This document shows, one piece after another, positions 51,578 to 61,389 of a stretch of 64,000 nucleotides of DNA (positions within the stretch are counted from its first letter, which is position 1; the number at the start of each line of letters is the position of its first letter). The notes under the pieces are model-generated. The model saw only the letters and a program-made list of their open reading frames with translations. It did no database searches and was not told the DNA's origin. Made by a program: the position numbers and the translations under genes. Origin of the DNA: an uncultured Bacteroidota bacterium (GTDB taxonomy: Bacteria > Bacteroidota > Ignavibacteria > UBA10030 > UBA6906); assembly GCA_963700635.1 (NCBI GenBank), contig CAVOYH010000003.1, positions 1,824,001 to 1,888,000 of the forward strand, written 5' to 3'.

Positions 51578-54010
51578 ATGTCGACGACGACACTGTGGAA
51601 GACTGCTCTGGCATGTGTCTGTGCAACAACACTCATGCGGGGAGGGACATTGACGTCTTCGCGCAACGAACAGCCGGGCTTCCTTTCCGTCCCCCAACTC
51701 ACCAGAGCCGGCATCGTCTGCACGAATAGCTTTGGCTCTGCGCTGTACAGGCTCGACGGGTCAACAGTTGTGGAGATCGCTTCCGGGCCTGGCGTGGGTC
51801 TCTATTATACCATCTCCCCTGATGGGGCACGGGTTGGTTTCAAACGAATTACGGATGAGGGCCTTCAGGTGCCGTCGATCCTCGACCCGGCGACGGGGAA
51901 GAGCGAATCGCTCACCGCACCCGTACGGCAGGCAGGGCAGGTCAGCTTTACGGATGACGGGAGGATGGCGTTCACAATCGGGTCCGAGATGGTCGTCACC
52001 GACGGAGTCATCGAACACCGCTATGACCTCGGCCTCTACGCAAACATCGCTCCGATATCTCCCGACGGTTCGATCGTGGCGTACAACGATGCCGACGACC
52101 AGATATGGGTTCTTTCATTGCAGTCGGGGAAGCGTGAAAAGATCAGCGTTCCCGGGCGGGGGTATTTTTCGCCCCTCTGGTCCCCTGACGGGGCCCGCCT
52201 TGTGTTCCGCGGACTCTCAGGGACCATGCATGTGTACGACCGGACGCCGGGAAACGTCATTGACATAGGGCAAGGCGACCATCCGGCCTGGATGTCTGAC
52301 TCCCGTTCGCTGCTCTTCTATCGAACGACAATCGAGAACGGCCGGCTTGTGGAATCTGATCTTTTCACCATCAGGGCGGATGGGACAGAAGAACGGCAGC
52401 TGACCAGAACGGCTGGTATTCTTGAGATGGATCCCGCTCCGGCGGGGGATGGTACGTCCATTCTGTGTCAGACGCATGCCCTGAACCAGCTGCTGACGGT
52501 GCCCATGGCCACGGGACCGTCGCTTGCAAAGGCCGCTCCTTCGGTTCTTGCAAACGGAAAGGGGCTTTCCATCGTGCCGCGGTTTCCTCCGGCAGTTCAG
52601 CAGCCGGACGTGATTCTCGATATCCCCTATGTTCATCAGGTCTATGACACACCGGACTGGTTTAATGGCCACTGGGCATGTGCCCCAACCCAGGCCATCA
52701 TGCTCCTGGCATACTACAATGTGCTTCCCCCCTGGACCATCGTCTGCAGCTGGCCGAGCCGCCATCCAACGTCCTGGGGAAACTACGTCGCCGATCGGTA
52801 TCGATTTCGTCAGGTAGAATACAGCTTTCTTGCGGACGACCCAAACCAAAGCCCGGCCATGGGGGGATACGGTTACATGTGGACAGGGACATCGAGCCCG
52901 CACTCCCGTATGGCAAGCTACTTCAGGAACCATGGACTCACAGCGACCCAGACCGAATCGACACCGTATAGCACGGCGGCCGCGGAAGTCGGCGGCGGGT
53001 ATCCCTTCAGCATGTGCGTGATGCTCACGGATGCCGGGCATCTGGTCCTCGCGCACGGGTTCGGCGCTGAGCCGCACACGTTTGTGTTCAATGATCCGTA
53101 CGGGAACAAGAACCTGGGGTACATGAACACCGCAGGGAAGAACGTCCTGTACGATTGGCCGGGTTTCAATAACGGGTATCAAAACCTGACCGGAGTAGCC
53201 TGGTGCATTGCGACACGGTCAGTTGCTCCGGCGGTGTCTGATTCCATCGTTGATGATCTCCAGTTCGGGAACGGGTTCACTCTCGCCACAGCTTCGCCGG
53301 CGTCCATGGGGAGGTGGCGGGATCTGACACGGGGATACCAGGGGCATCTCTGGTACACATACACGCAGACCGGTGTGGCCGACACGTGCTTTGCAGAATG
53401 GCGGCCCGCCCTGCAGGCAGCGGGTGCCTACGCGGTCGATGCCTTCATCCCGCTCAGCAATGCCACGCACGCGGTCTACCGGATCGTGCACGCCGAAGGA
53501 TCGGATACCGTCGTCATCGATCAGAGCCCGTACCGCGAGGCCTGGGTCCCTCTGGGCATCTACTCCTTCGATGCCGGGAATTCCGGTCATGTGTACCTCG
53601 GAGACGCGTCCACCGTCGCCGGGCAGGAAATCGTCTTTGATGCACTCCGGTGGAGCCGGGTGGTGACGGCTATGAGCGGGGACATGGTGTCGTTCACCCC
53701 GGCTCGATGGGTCTTACACCAGAATTATCCGAATCCGTTCAATCCGGGCACGACCATACTCTACACGGTCGGCCGAACGGACGAAAGGGCCGGTACGGAG
53801 CGTGGCGGGAGAAGTGTGGGGGATGGTGTGGTACGGCTTGGGGTGTATGATGTGCTGGGAAGGGAGGTGGCGGTGCTGGTCGACGGCGTGGTCTCTCCCG
53901 GTGAGCACAGCGTCGTGTTCGACGCAGGTGGTCTCGCCGGTGGTGTGTACTTCTACAGGCTTCAGACGCCGGCGGGGAGCCTCGTCCGCACCATGCTTTT
54001 CGCGAAATAA
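51578..54010 (+). CDS. Secreted multidomain protein: TolB/PD40 propeller, C39-like peptidase, carbohydrate-binding-like domain, T9SS C-terminal sorting domain
   Basis: ISPDG/WSPDG repeats; HQVY...WACAPT...GHLVLAHG...NDPYG; AEWRP...FDALRW; LHQNYPNPFNP...VYDVLGREV...GVYFYRL. Alternative start 51548. Confidence 0.8.
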   Translation: MSTTTLWKTALACVCATTLMRGGTLTSSRNEQPGFLSVPQLTRAGIVCTNSFGSALYRLDGSTVVEIASGPGVGLYYTISPDGARVGFKRITDEGLQVPSILDPATGKSESLTAPVRQAGQVSFTDDGRMAFTIGSEMVVTDGVIEHRYDLGLYANIAPISPDGSIVAYNDADDQIWVLSLQSGKREKISVPGRGYFSPLWSPDGARLVFRGLSGTMHVYDRTPGNVIDIGQGDHPAWMSDSRSLLFYRTTIENGRLVESDLFTIRADGTEERQLTRTAGILEMDPAPAGDGTSILCQTHALNQLLTVPMATGPSLAKAAPSVLANGKGLSIVPRFPPAVQQPDVILDIPYVHQVYDTPDWFNGHWACAPTQAIMLLAYYNVLPPWTIVCSWPSRHPTSWGNYVADRYRFRQVEYSFLADDPNQSPAMGGYGYMWTGTSSPHSRMASYFRNHGLTATQTESTPYSTAAAEVGGGYPFSMCVMLTDAGHLVLAHGFGAEPHTFVFNDPYGNKNLGYMNTAGKNVLYDWPGFNNGYQNLTGVAWCIATRSVAPAVSDSIVDDLQFGNGFTLATASPASMGRWRDLTRGYQGHLWYTYTQTGVADTCFAEWRPALQAAGAYAVDAFIPLSNATHAVYRIVHAEGSDTVVIDQSPYREAWVPLGIYSFDAGNSGHVYLGDASTVAGQEIVFDALRWSRVVTAMSGDMVSFTPARWVLHQNYPNPFNPGTTILYTVGRTDERAGTERGGRSVGDGVVRLGVYDVLGREVAVLVDGVVSPGEHSVVFDAGGLAGGVYFYRLQTPAGSLVRTMLFAK

Positions 54011-54037
54011 GTCTCTCGTACTCTGCCCGGAGGACGG

Positions 54038-54862
54038 TCAGGCCTGGTAGAGAACAGGGTTGAGCACGCTGGCTGCGGCTTCGCCGGGGCGCTGCCCGGG
54101 GAAGAATGCCTCCATGTCGACTAGCCGATATTTGTTGTCCGGTTCCATGATCTGAGCGCCGTCTTCATAGTAGATGACAGTCATCACTTCGCGGACCAGG
54201 GATGAAGCATTGGGATGCGCTGCATGGGCCGTCCATCCGGCATGGAACGTCGCGTCCCCCGCTTTCAGATCATAGCTCGCGATCGGAAAACCACGCTCGC
54301 GCACGAGTTCGTCGAAATACCGGTCCGAAGCCTCCGAGATTGCGACATCGCCGAGTTGTCCGTGCAAATGCGATCCCCCGGCGAAGAGCATCGTTCCCAT
54401 GTCGCGGGTCAAATCAATCAACGGCATCCACATCGTGATGGTCCGCGGAGTTGCCAGTGGCCAGTAGAGCTGATCCTGGTGCCATGGAGTGCCCTTCCCC
54501 TGGGGAGGTTTGAAGAGCGCCTGGTCATGATAGAGCCGCACCGATCGAACTCCCATCAATCCGGCGGCGGTGCGGGCAAACCGCTTCCCGATGACGAACC
54601 GCAGTGCGGCATCGTGCAGACGCCAGACGTTCGTGACCTGAACGAAGAGGCTGCTGTAGTCTTCGCCCCCTTCCCGCGGCTTCTTCTTGGGCGCCCGGTT
54701 CGCAAGTGTCTGTGCAATGAATGGCCGGTATGCACGGATCTCCTCCTGTGAAGCGAGGCCTCGCAGGAGAACGTGGCCGTCGGCCTGATACTGTGTGACA
54801 TCCCTGTCGTTCAGAGGATACGTGTCATTCAGTGCCGGCAAGGAACCGAAGGTTTCTGCCAT
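54038..54862 (-). CDS. Phytanoyl-CoA dioxygenase (PhyH) family Fe/2OG oxygenase
   Basis: DQALFKPP, TPWHQD, WMPL, GSH, GDATFH, HAAHPN, R. Confidence 0.92.
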   Translation of the reverse strand: MAETFGSLPALNDTYPLNDRDVTQYQADGHVLLRGLASQEEIRAYRPFIAQTLANRAPKKKPREGGEDYSSLFVQVTNVWRLHDAALRFVIGKRFARTAAGLMGVRSVRLYHDQALFKPPQGKGTPWHQDQLYWPLATPRTITMWMPLIDLTRDMGTMLFAGGSHLHGQLGDVAISEASDRYFDELVRERGFPIASYDLKAGDATFHAGWTAHAAHPNASSLVREVMTVIYYEDGAQIMEPDNKYRLVDMEAFFPGQRPGEAAASVLNPVLYQA

Positions 54863-54938
54863 CGTCTGTCTCCTTTTGCTGCCCGTTGGTCGTAGAACGT
54901 GTCCGTCAAGATATGAATCCAGGAGGTTCGCTGCAAGG

Positions 54939-55754
54939 ATGAAAACTCCTTCGCATCATCCGGTGCCTGCGTTTTTCCTTTTCTGCCGGTGGTGGTGTGT
55001 CGTGGGCCTCTGTCTCTCCCTCTGGCATTCCGCGAGCGGGCAGGATCACAGGATGTACAGCCATGGGGCCTGTATAAGGGAGGACACAACACGGCACACG
55101 CTCTACCTGATGTTTTCCGGGCATGAATTTGATGATGGGGGGGAGTACATCCGGGAAGTCCTCCGGGAGGAACGTGTGCCCGCGTCGTTTTTCCTGACGG
55201 GCGACTTCTACCGGGACTCCTCGCATGTGGTACTGCTCAGTGGACTGCTGGCGGACGGACATTTTCTGGGCGGGCACTCTGACCGGCACCTGTTGTATGC
55301 ATCCTGGGAAGACCGCGAGTCTACGCTTGTCAGCGAAGAGACATTTCTGGCCGATTTGCAGCGCAATTACGAGGCCATGCAGAACCGGGGCATTGCCCGG
55401 TCGGAGGCCCGCTTCTTTCTTCCTCCGTATGAATGGTACAACCGGCAGATTGCAGACTGGATCGGGGAGGAAGGGCTTGTCCTCATCAATTATACTCCGG
55501 GCACGCGTTCCACTGCGGACTATACGACACCCGGCATGGGAACTCGCTACGTTGGCAGCGACTCGATTTACCGGAGCATCCTCCTGGCCGAAGAACGATT
55601 ATCATCGGGCTTGAACGGATTCTTCTTGCTCTTGCATATCGGCACGGATCCTCAACGCACCGACAAGTTCTGGTTTCGTCTGAGGGACCTTGTGCGGGAA
55701 CTTCGCCGCCGCGGATACACCTTTGCCCGATTCGAGGGGACCCCGGGCCGCTGA
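54939..55754 (+). CDS. Polysaccharide deacetylase (CE4/NodB-like), exported
   Basis: ASFFLTG, GGHSDRH, FLPPYE, ADYT, LLLHIG; hydrophobic N-terminus. Confidence 0.8.
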   Translation: MKTPSHHPVPAFFLFCRWWCVVGLCLSLWHSASGQDHRMYSHGACIREDTTRHTLYLMFSGHEFDDGGEYIREVLREERVPASFFLTGDFYRDSSHVVLLSGLLADGHFLGGHSDRHLLYASWEDRESTLVSEETFLADLQRNYEAMQNRGIARSEARFFLPPYEWYNRQIADWIGEEGLVLINYTPGTRSTADYTTPGMGTRYVGSDSIYRSILLAEERLSSGLNGFFLLLHIGTDPQRTDKFWFRLRDLVRELRRRGYTFARFEGTPGR

Positions 55755-55858
55755 GCCCACTCCGGGGAGCGCAACATTTGCCCATCGGCATCGTACTCAT
55801 GTGTGAAGACCGGGATTTACCGGCGACGGTATCAGTCCTATCTGCAAGGACAACAGCC

Positions 55859-56632
55859 ATGGTGTACGAACGAGCGGTGCGTGTGGTGATCGCGACGGGG
55901 GATGAGAATCAACGAGAGAGAGTCCACCGGATAGTTCGTTCCATTCCCTCCATGAGTATTGAAGGCGTATGCAGCTCCGCGGATGAAGCGCGGGCGCTCA
56001 TAGCCTTCAGTCACCCCCAAATCCTCATTATTGACACGGATCTCCCGGGAGGGGGCGGGTTTCAACTCCTCGGGATGGGTCCGGACCGGCCAATGGTGGT
56101 GTTCACGTCGCTATCGGACAGCGACGCTCTGGCCGCCTTTCAATTCCACGCAGTGGACTATCTCCTTCATCCTGTTGATGCTCAACGTCTTACGGATGCG
56201 CTCGCCCGCGCGTGCGTACTGTGCAACCAGGCCGCCCAGGACGCGGCCGGCGATGCCGCCATCGACGAGTTGAGACGGAAACTTCCCGCTGCACACGCCG
56301 CGCGCCGCCTTATGGTGAAGTCGGCCGGGAAAATCTGTTTCCTGAAGGCCGAAGAGATCGACTGGGTTGAAGCAGAGCGGGACTATGTTCGCATCCATAA
56401 CGGCGCACGCAAACATCTCCTCCGCAGTACGTTGTCGGGCATGGAACAGCAGCTCCCGGCCGAACGGTTCCTGCGCATTCATCGGTCGACCATCGTCAAT
56501 GTCGACAGAATCCGGGAGATGCAACCCTTAAGCTATGGCGAATACGCGGTGATCCTCCATGACGGTACGCGCCTGACCTTAAGCCGCTCGTTCAGGGAAA
56601 GAGTTTTTGACCGGCTGGTGTCTGCAGCTTAA
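55859..56632 (+). CDS. LytTR-family response regulator with atypical receiver domain
   Basis: IDWVEAERDYV, FLRIHRSTIVN; receiver has IATGDE and YLLHP. Alternative start 55799. Confidence 0.88.
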   Translation: MVYERAVRVVIATGDENQRERVHRIVRSIPSMSIEGVCSSADEARALIAFSHPQILIIDTDLPGGGGFQLLGMGPDRPMVVFTSLSDSDALAAFQFHAVDYLLHPVDAQRLTDALARACVLCNQAAQDAAGDAAIDELRRKLPAAHAARRLMVKSAGKICFLKAEEIDWVEAERDYVRIHNGARKHLLRSTLSGMEQQLPAERFLRIHRSTIVNVDRIREMQPLSYGEYAVILHDGTRLTLSRSFRERVFDRLVSAA

Positions 56633-56636
56633 CTCG

Positions 56637-56712
56637 CCATTCCGCATTTCGTCGTACCATTACGCATCTCATCGCACCACCCTTTGCATCCCGGCCGGAA
56701 TTGGGGTACTAT
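56637..56712 (+). promoter_or_regulatory. Direct repeats (putative LytTR boxes) plus sigma70-like promoter upstream of the kinase gene
   Basis: CCATTCCGCATTTCGTCGTA / CCATTACGCATCTCATCGCA (20 bp period, 16/20 identical), then TTGCAT(56684)-17-TACTAT(56707). Confidence 0.65.
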
Positions 56713-56759
56713 TCTCGCATGGTACAGCATTTCGCATATTGGACAGGGAGATCGTCCTG

Positions 56760-59700
56760 ATGAAGGGCCCTTCCCGTTTTCTTCTCCTTGCAGCCGTTGC
56801 GCTGGGTTCTGCATCGCTACTCGCGGGAAACCAGACGATCGGTCTCGATCCGTCAAGGGAAATATCTCAATACGCACACAGGGCCTGGACGAAACGCGAC
56901 GGCCTGCCACAGAACACCGTCGGTGCAATTGCCCAGACCGCCGACGGATACCTCTGGTTTGCCACCCTCGAGGGTCTTGCACGATTCGACGGTTCCACCT
57001 TCCGTACGTTTAACTCCCGCAATACGCCGGCATTGAAAATGAACTACGTTACGGCCCTGCATGTTGCCCGTGACAGCACGATGTATATCGGGACGTTTGG
57101 GTCTTCAATCCTTCTCTGGCGGCAGGGCGAATTCAAACGGGTGGCCGGTCCATCGGAACTCGATCACATGCAGATCCATCAATTCTGTCAGGATCGGGCC
57201 GGAGATGTGTGGGCGGCGGGCAGCATGGGGCTGATTCAGATCCGCAAAGATTCCGTCCTCAAAATTTTCACGGCGTCCGATGGTCTGCCGCACAATGTGA
57301 TCACGGCCGTGCGGGAGGACTTCGAAGGGAGACTGCTTGTTGTGACGCCCGCCGGAATCTGGGTGCGTCAGGGTGACTGCTTCGATCCCTGGATGAAGGG
57401 CCTTGATGCGAGTTCCGACAAGGGATACGGATTTACCTTTTCTCTGGCGGACGCCATCGGTGCGGTCCCGACTGACCTCATCGTAGGAGCCGACAGCTCG
57501 ATCTGGATCGGGACGCGGGAACGAGGGCTGTTCCGATATCACAAGGGGAAGCTGCATGCGCTTGGGAGTCCCGCGAACATGGGTGCAGGTCCCATCATGC
57601 GCCTTCTGGAGGACCGTCGGGGAACGATCTGGATCGGCACGGCCGAAGGAGGGCTTTCCCGGTATCTTCATGGACGGTTTTCCATGTTTACGCCGGAGGA
57701 CGGGCTGTCTGCAGGCGAAGTCATGAGTCTCTTCGAGGACCGCGAAGGCAATCTGTGGGTCGGGGTGTCGACGGCGGGGGTGAACCGGCTCACCAACAGC
57801 AAGTTTACCACATTCCGGGTGGGCAAGAGTGTCAGTGATAATATGGTCTGGGGTGTCGGCCCGGGTCCGTCCGGCAGCGTCCTCGCCAGCACGGCCTCCG
57901 GTATGCTCTTCGTCTTGAAAGGTCAGCAGTTCGTTCCGGCACGTGAACTTAAGGCATCGTTCCGCGGAGTGGCGAGAGCATTTCTGCGCGACCGGGGCGG
58001 AACGGTGTGGATCGGCAGCTCCGAGGGTCTCTTGAGCATCTCCGGACGCACTGTGCGCCGCTACAGTGCCGCACCGACATTCAGCCTGACCGAAGACAGA
58101 TTCGGCAGGATTTGGGGGGTGGGGCCCAAGGGGGCGTTTGTCGTACGCCGCGGGACACTTGAGTATGTCGACGCCGGGGCAAAGATTCTCGACACGGGTC
58201 TTCGGCAGATTCTCTATGACGCGCGGCTGGACGTTCTCTGGCTCGTGAGCACAAGCAGGGGAGTTGTGAGGATGCAGCTTCCTCCCCTGACAGGATCCCC
58301 GATCATCGTTGATCCTGCGTCGCTCCGGTGGTTTCACGTGAACGAAAACACGACAACCGGCTGGGTCATAACGGTGAGTCTTGACTCACTGGACGGTGTC
58401 TGGGTAACAACCCTTGGGGCGGGGTTTCATCACATCCGCGGAGATTCGGTTCACAGTATGGCCGCCGCCGAAGGGCTACCGGAAGAGGGCATCTTCTCTG
58501 CGCTTCAGGACGATCGGGGATGGCTCTGGATGTCATCCAACAACGGCATCCACCGGGTGCGCGTCGACGATCTTGCTGCAATGTTCCGTGGCCGCCGAGA
58601 AACGGTGACCTTTGAGTCGTTTGGCATTAGCGATGGGATGTACAGCGATGAATGTAACGGCGGATTTCAGTCAAGCGCCTTTAAGACTTCCGACGGGCGT
58701 CTCTGGTTTCCAACCACTGCCGGGGTCGTCATGGTAGACCCGAACAGGCTCGCAACCAACACCGTTCCACCGGCGGTTGCCATCGAACACGTGCGTGTGG
58801 ACAACCTCGAGGGGATTCTTTCGACAGGGGCCGACTATCCCCCCGGAAACGGCGACCTCGAATTCCATTTTATAGCGTTGAGCTACAGCTCTCCGGAACG
58901 GGTCCGCTACCGATATATGCTCGAAGGGTTTAACCGGAACTGGGTTGACGCCCAGAACCGTTCCGATGCGTTTTACACGAATATTCCTCCGGGCTCCTAC
59001 CGGTTTCGCGTTATTGCTGCGAACGGTAGCGGCGTGTGGAACGAGGCCGGAGCGTCATATGCGTTTCGGCTCCGACCGCACTTCTACCAGACAGTCTGGT
59101 TCTTCCTGCTGATTTCCCTCGGTGTGGCGGGAATCGTGGTGGCGGGCTTGTTTCTTTACAAGCGTGACCGGGATCGGGAACTCCAGGCATCCCAGCTGGA
59201 GTCGCAGCTGGCACAGGCCCAGATTCAGATCCTGGAGATGCAACTCCAGCCTCACTTTCTGTTCAACACGCTGAACGGAATCATGGTCCTGATCAGGCAG
59301 GACCCCGACAGTGCAAGAAGGATGATTGCCCGGCTGAGTGACTTTCTCCGCCTGACCCTCGAGAGCGCCGGCATACAGGAGGTCCCGCTTCGCCGGGAGC
59401 TGGAATTCCTGGATCGGTATCTCCAGATCGAGCGTCTCCGGTTCGGTGAGCGGTTGCACGTGGTGCAGGACGTGTCGGCAGACCTGATGGATGCCCTGGT
59501 TCCGAACCTCATCCTCCAACCGCTCGTCGAGAATGCCATTCGTCATGGCGTATCCAAGCGCAGAGGCGCATCCCAGATCGCCATCGCAGCGGAGCGGACG
59601 AACGGGAGCCTGACCATTCATGTGCGCGATAACGGTGTCGGGATGACCATGCGGGACGGGCAGCCGCCCAGGGAGGGGATCGGGCTGCGGAATACGCGAC

Positions 59701-59816
59701 AACGCCTTCAACACCTGTATGGTCGTGCGCAGGGCTGTACGCTCGTGAGCATCCCTCAGGGGGGTGTCGACGTTGTTCTCACCATTCCGTTTCACAAGAA
59801 CGGCACTCTTCCATGA
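56760..59816 (+). CDS. LytS-type sensor histidine kinase with periplasmic beta-propeller and Y_Y_Y domains
   Basis: Signal peptide; DGLP...D..G.LW repeats; YRYMLEG...NIPPGSYRFRV; TM helix; QLQPHFLFNTLN; LQPLVENAIRHG, DNGVG, GIGL. Confidence 0.93.
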   Translation: MKGPSRFLLLAAVALGSASLLAGNQTIGLDPSREISQYAHRAWTKRDGLPQNTVGAIAQTADGYLWFATLEGLARFDGSTFRTFNSRNTPALKMNYVTALHVARDSTMYIGTFGSSILLWRQGEFKRVAGPSELDHMQIHQFCQDRAGDVWAAGSMGLIQIRKDSVLKIFTASDGLPHNVITAVREDFEGRLLVVTPAGIWVRQGDCFDPWMKGLDASSDKGYGFTFSLADAIGAVPTDLIVGADSSIWIGTRERGLFRYHKGKLHALGSPANMGAGPIMRLLEDRRGTIWIGTAEGGLSRYLHGRFSMFTPEDGLSAGEVMSLFEDREGNLWVGVSTAGVNRLTNSKFTTFRVGKSVSDNMVWGVGPGPSGSVLASTASGMLFVLKGQQFVPARELKASFRGVARAFLRDRGGTVWIGSSEGLLSISGRTVRRYSAAPTFSLTEDRFGRIWGVGPKGAFVVRRGTLEYVDAGAKILDTGLRQILYDARLDVLWLVSTSRGVVRMQLPPLTGSPIIVDPASLRWFHVNENTTTGWVITVSLDSLDGVWVTTLGAGFHHIRGDSVHSMAAAEGLPEEGIFSALQDDRGWLWMSSNNGIHRVRVDDLAAMFRGRRETVTFESFGISDGMYSDECNGGFQSSAFKTSDGRLWFPTTAGVVMVDPNRLATNTVPPAVAIEHVRVDNLEGILSTGADYPPGNGDLEFHFIALSYSSPERVRYRYMLEGFNRNWVDAQNRSDAFYTNIPPGSYRFRVIAANGSGVWNEAGASYAFRLRPHFYQTVWFFLLISLGVAGIVVAGLFLYKRDRDRELQASQLESQLAQAQIQILEMQLQPHFLFNTLNGIMVLIRQDPDSARRMIARLSDFLRLTLESAGIQEVPLRRELEFLDRYLQIERLRFGERLHVVQDVSADLMDALVPNLILQPLVENAIRHGVSKRRGASQIAIAAERTNGSLTIHVRDNGVGMTMRDGQPPREGIGLRNTRQRLQHLYGRAQGCTLVSIPQGGVDVVLTIPFHKNGTLP

Positions 59817-60583
59817 CACCGATCCGCACGCTCGTTGTGGATGACGAACCTCTCGCCCGGCAGGGCGTCCGCAGCCTCCTCGAGGAGGATCGCGATATCG
59901 ATGTGATCGGAGAGTGTAGCGATGGCGTGGAGGCACTGGAGCGGATCCGGGCCGACCGACCGGCCCTTGTCTTTCTGGATGTGCAGATGCCGGAGATGAA
60001 TGGATTTGACGTACTGGCGGCCCTCGAGGCTGACGAAATGCCCATGGTGGTTTTTGTCACGGCGTATGACCAGCATGCGCTCCAGGCATTTCGCTATCAT
60101 GCCCTTGACTATCTCCTGAAGCCCTTCGAAAACGAACGGTTTCTGGAAGCCCTCGGTCGGGCGAAATCCCAGGTGAACCACAAGAGCGTCCCGAAGGTGA
60201 CGAAACAGATTCTGGAGATGCTTGATAGTACGCGCCCCGGCCGGAGCGGCCTTGGAAGGATCATGGTCCGCAGCGGTGGAAGAATCACTTTCGTCAGGGT
60301 GGAGGAGGTGGATTGGATCGAGGCCCAGGGGGACTATATCTGCCTGCACAGCCAGGGAAAGAAGCATCTCGTCCGGGAAAAAATCAGCGAGATGGAGGAA
60401 CAACTCTCACCCGCCGCGTTCCTTCGGATCCACCGTTCCACGATGGTCAATGTCACGCGCATCAAGGAGATGCAGCCGCTCTTTCACGGGGAGTACGCCG
60501 TGGTGTTGCATGACGGCACACGGTTGACTTTGAGCCGGTCGTTCCGTGACAGAGTCTTCGACCGCCTCTCAGGGACCGTGTAG
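59813..60583 (+). CDS. LytTR-family response regulator (canonical)
   Basis: VVDDE, FLDVQMP, FVTAY, YLLKP, FLRIHRS; ATGA coupling to the kinase. Confidence 0.95.
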   Translation: MTPIRTLVVDDEPLARQGVRSLLEEDRDIDVIGECSDGVEALERIRADRPALVFLDVQMPEMNGFDVLAALEADEMPMVVFVTAYDQHALQAFRYHALDYLLKPFENERFLEALGRAKSQVNHKSVPKVTKQILEMLDSTRPGRSGLGRIMVRSGGRITFVRVEEVDWIEAQGDYICLHSQGKKHLVREKISEMEEQLSPAAFLRIHRSTMVNVTRIKEMQPLFHGEYAVVLHDGTRLTLSRSFRDRVFDRLSGTV

Positions 60584-60584
60584 A

Positions 60585-60645
60585 CCGGGCGGACGCGGAT
60601 GGCGCCCGGGAGGTTGGGGCCATCCGCGCTGAGGGTCCTGCCCGG
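60585..60645. terminator. GC-rich hairpin between convergent genes (possible terminator or stability element)
   Basis: CGCGGATGGC (60594-60603) pairs with GCCATCCGCG (60619-60628); outer CCGGGC/GCCCGG arms; no U-tract. Confidence 0.4.
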
Positions 60646-60647
60646 GT

Positions 60648-61100
60648 TCACCGGCCGCCGTATTCGACGGGTGCAGCCGGTTCGACTGCGATAAACTCGA
60701 ACGAGCCGGGTTCTACGTACTGGTTGTAGAACCATGCGCACAACGTGCGCACTTTCTCGCTTTCATCGAACTTTGCGGCCTGTTTGACTGCATATGCTCC
60801 CCGCGGATCTCCGATCCGGCACAGCGAAAGCGCCGCAATAATGCGGGACGATTCCTCGTCGCCATCGCGCAACATCCGCATAAGCGGCACCACCGCCTTC
60901 ATTGCCTTCTCCTCCCCCAGCATAAAAGCCGCGCTCTCCCGCAATCCGCGGTTGCCCGACGTCAGGCCGTTCATCAGGTTGGTAACCACAAGGTCTTTCG
61001 TCGCACTGGGCGTCACCAGGACCTTGTCGGCCGCGCCTGCCGTTGCGGCGACTGCGGCGACCATGCACACGGCTGCACACTGCTTGACGATTGCGTTCAT
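60648..61100 (-). CDS. Small exported HEAT-repeat protein
   Basis: SD GGAGGG before ATG 61100; signal peptide; LRESAAFMLGE, SRIIAALSLCRIGDPR. Confidence 0.8.
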   Translation of the reverse strand: MNAIVKQCAAVCMVAAVAATAGAADKVLVTPSATKDLVVTNLMNGLTSGNRGLRESAAFMLGEEKAMKAVVPLMRMLRDGDEESSRIIAALSLCRIGDPRGAYAVKQAAKFDESEKVRTLCAWFYNQYVEPGSFEFIAVEPAAPVEYGGR

Positions 61101-61320
61101 CGTTCCCTCCTTGACGTGGTACTGTGTGATCGTGGCGTTCTCTCTGAATATACCCTTCTCTCCTTGTCCGGGATGCGAAATTGGGTTGGATGCGTCGCTG
61201 CATGAGACCAACGTCACAATTCCCACGATGAGCCGGCTCCCATCCGTTGCTCCTCATCCTCCTTGTTCCTCGTGCACGTTTCGTCTTCTTCTCTCGTTCG
61301 CCGCCTTGTGCCCAGATACT

Positions 61321-61389
61321 CCACTTCATCCCCGCAAATATGCACCTCGTCGCAAACCCTTTGTCCAGCCTCCCATCCTGTCGTACCAT
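61321..61389 (+). promoter_or_regulatory. Putative LytTR boxes plus sigma70-like promoter of the TonB receptor gene
   Basis: CCACTTCATC (61321) and GCACCTCGTCGCA (61342), 21 bp apart, then TTGTCC(61361)-17-TACCAT(61384). Confidence 0.55.
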
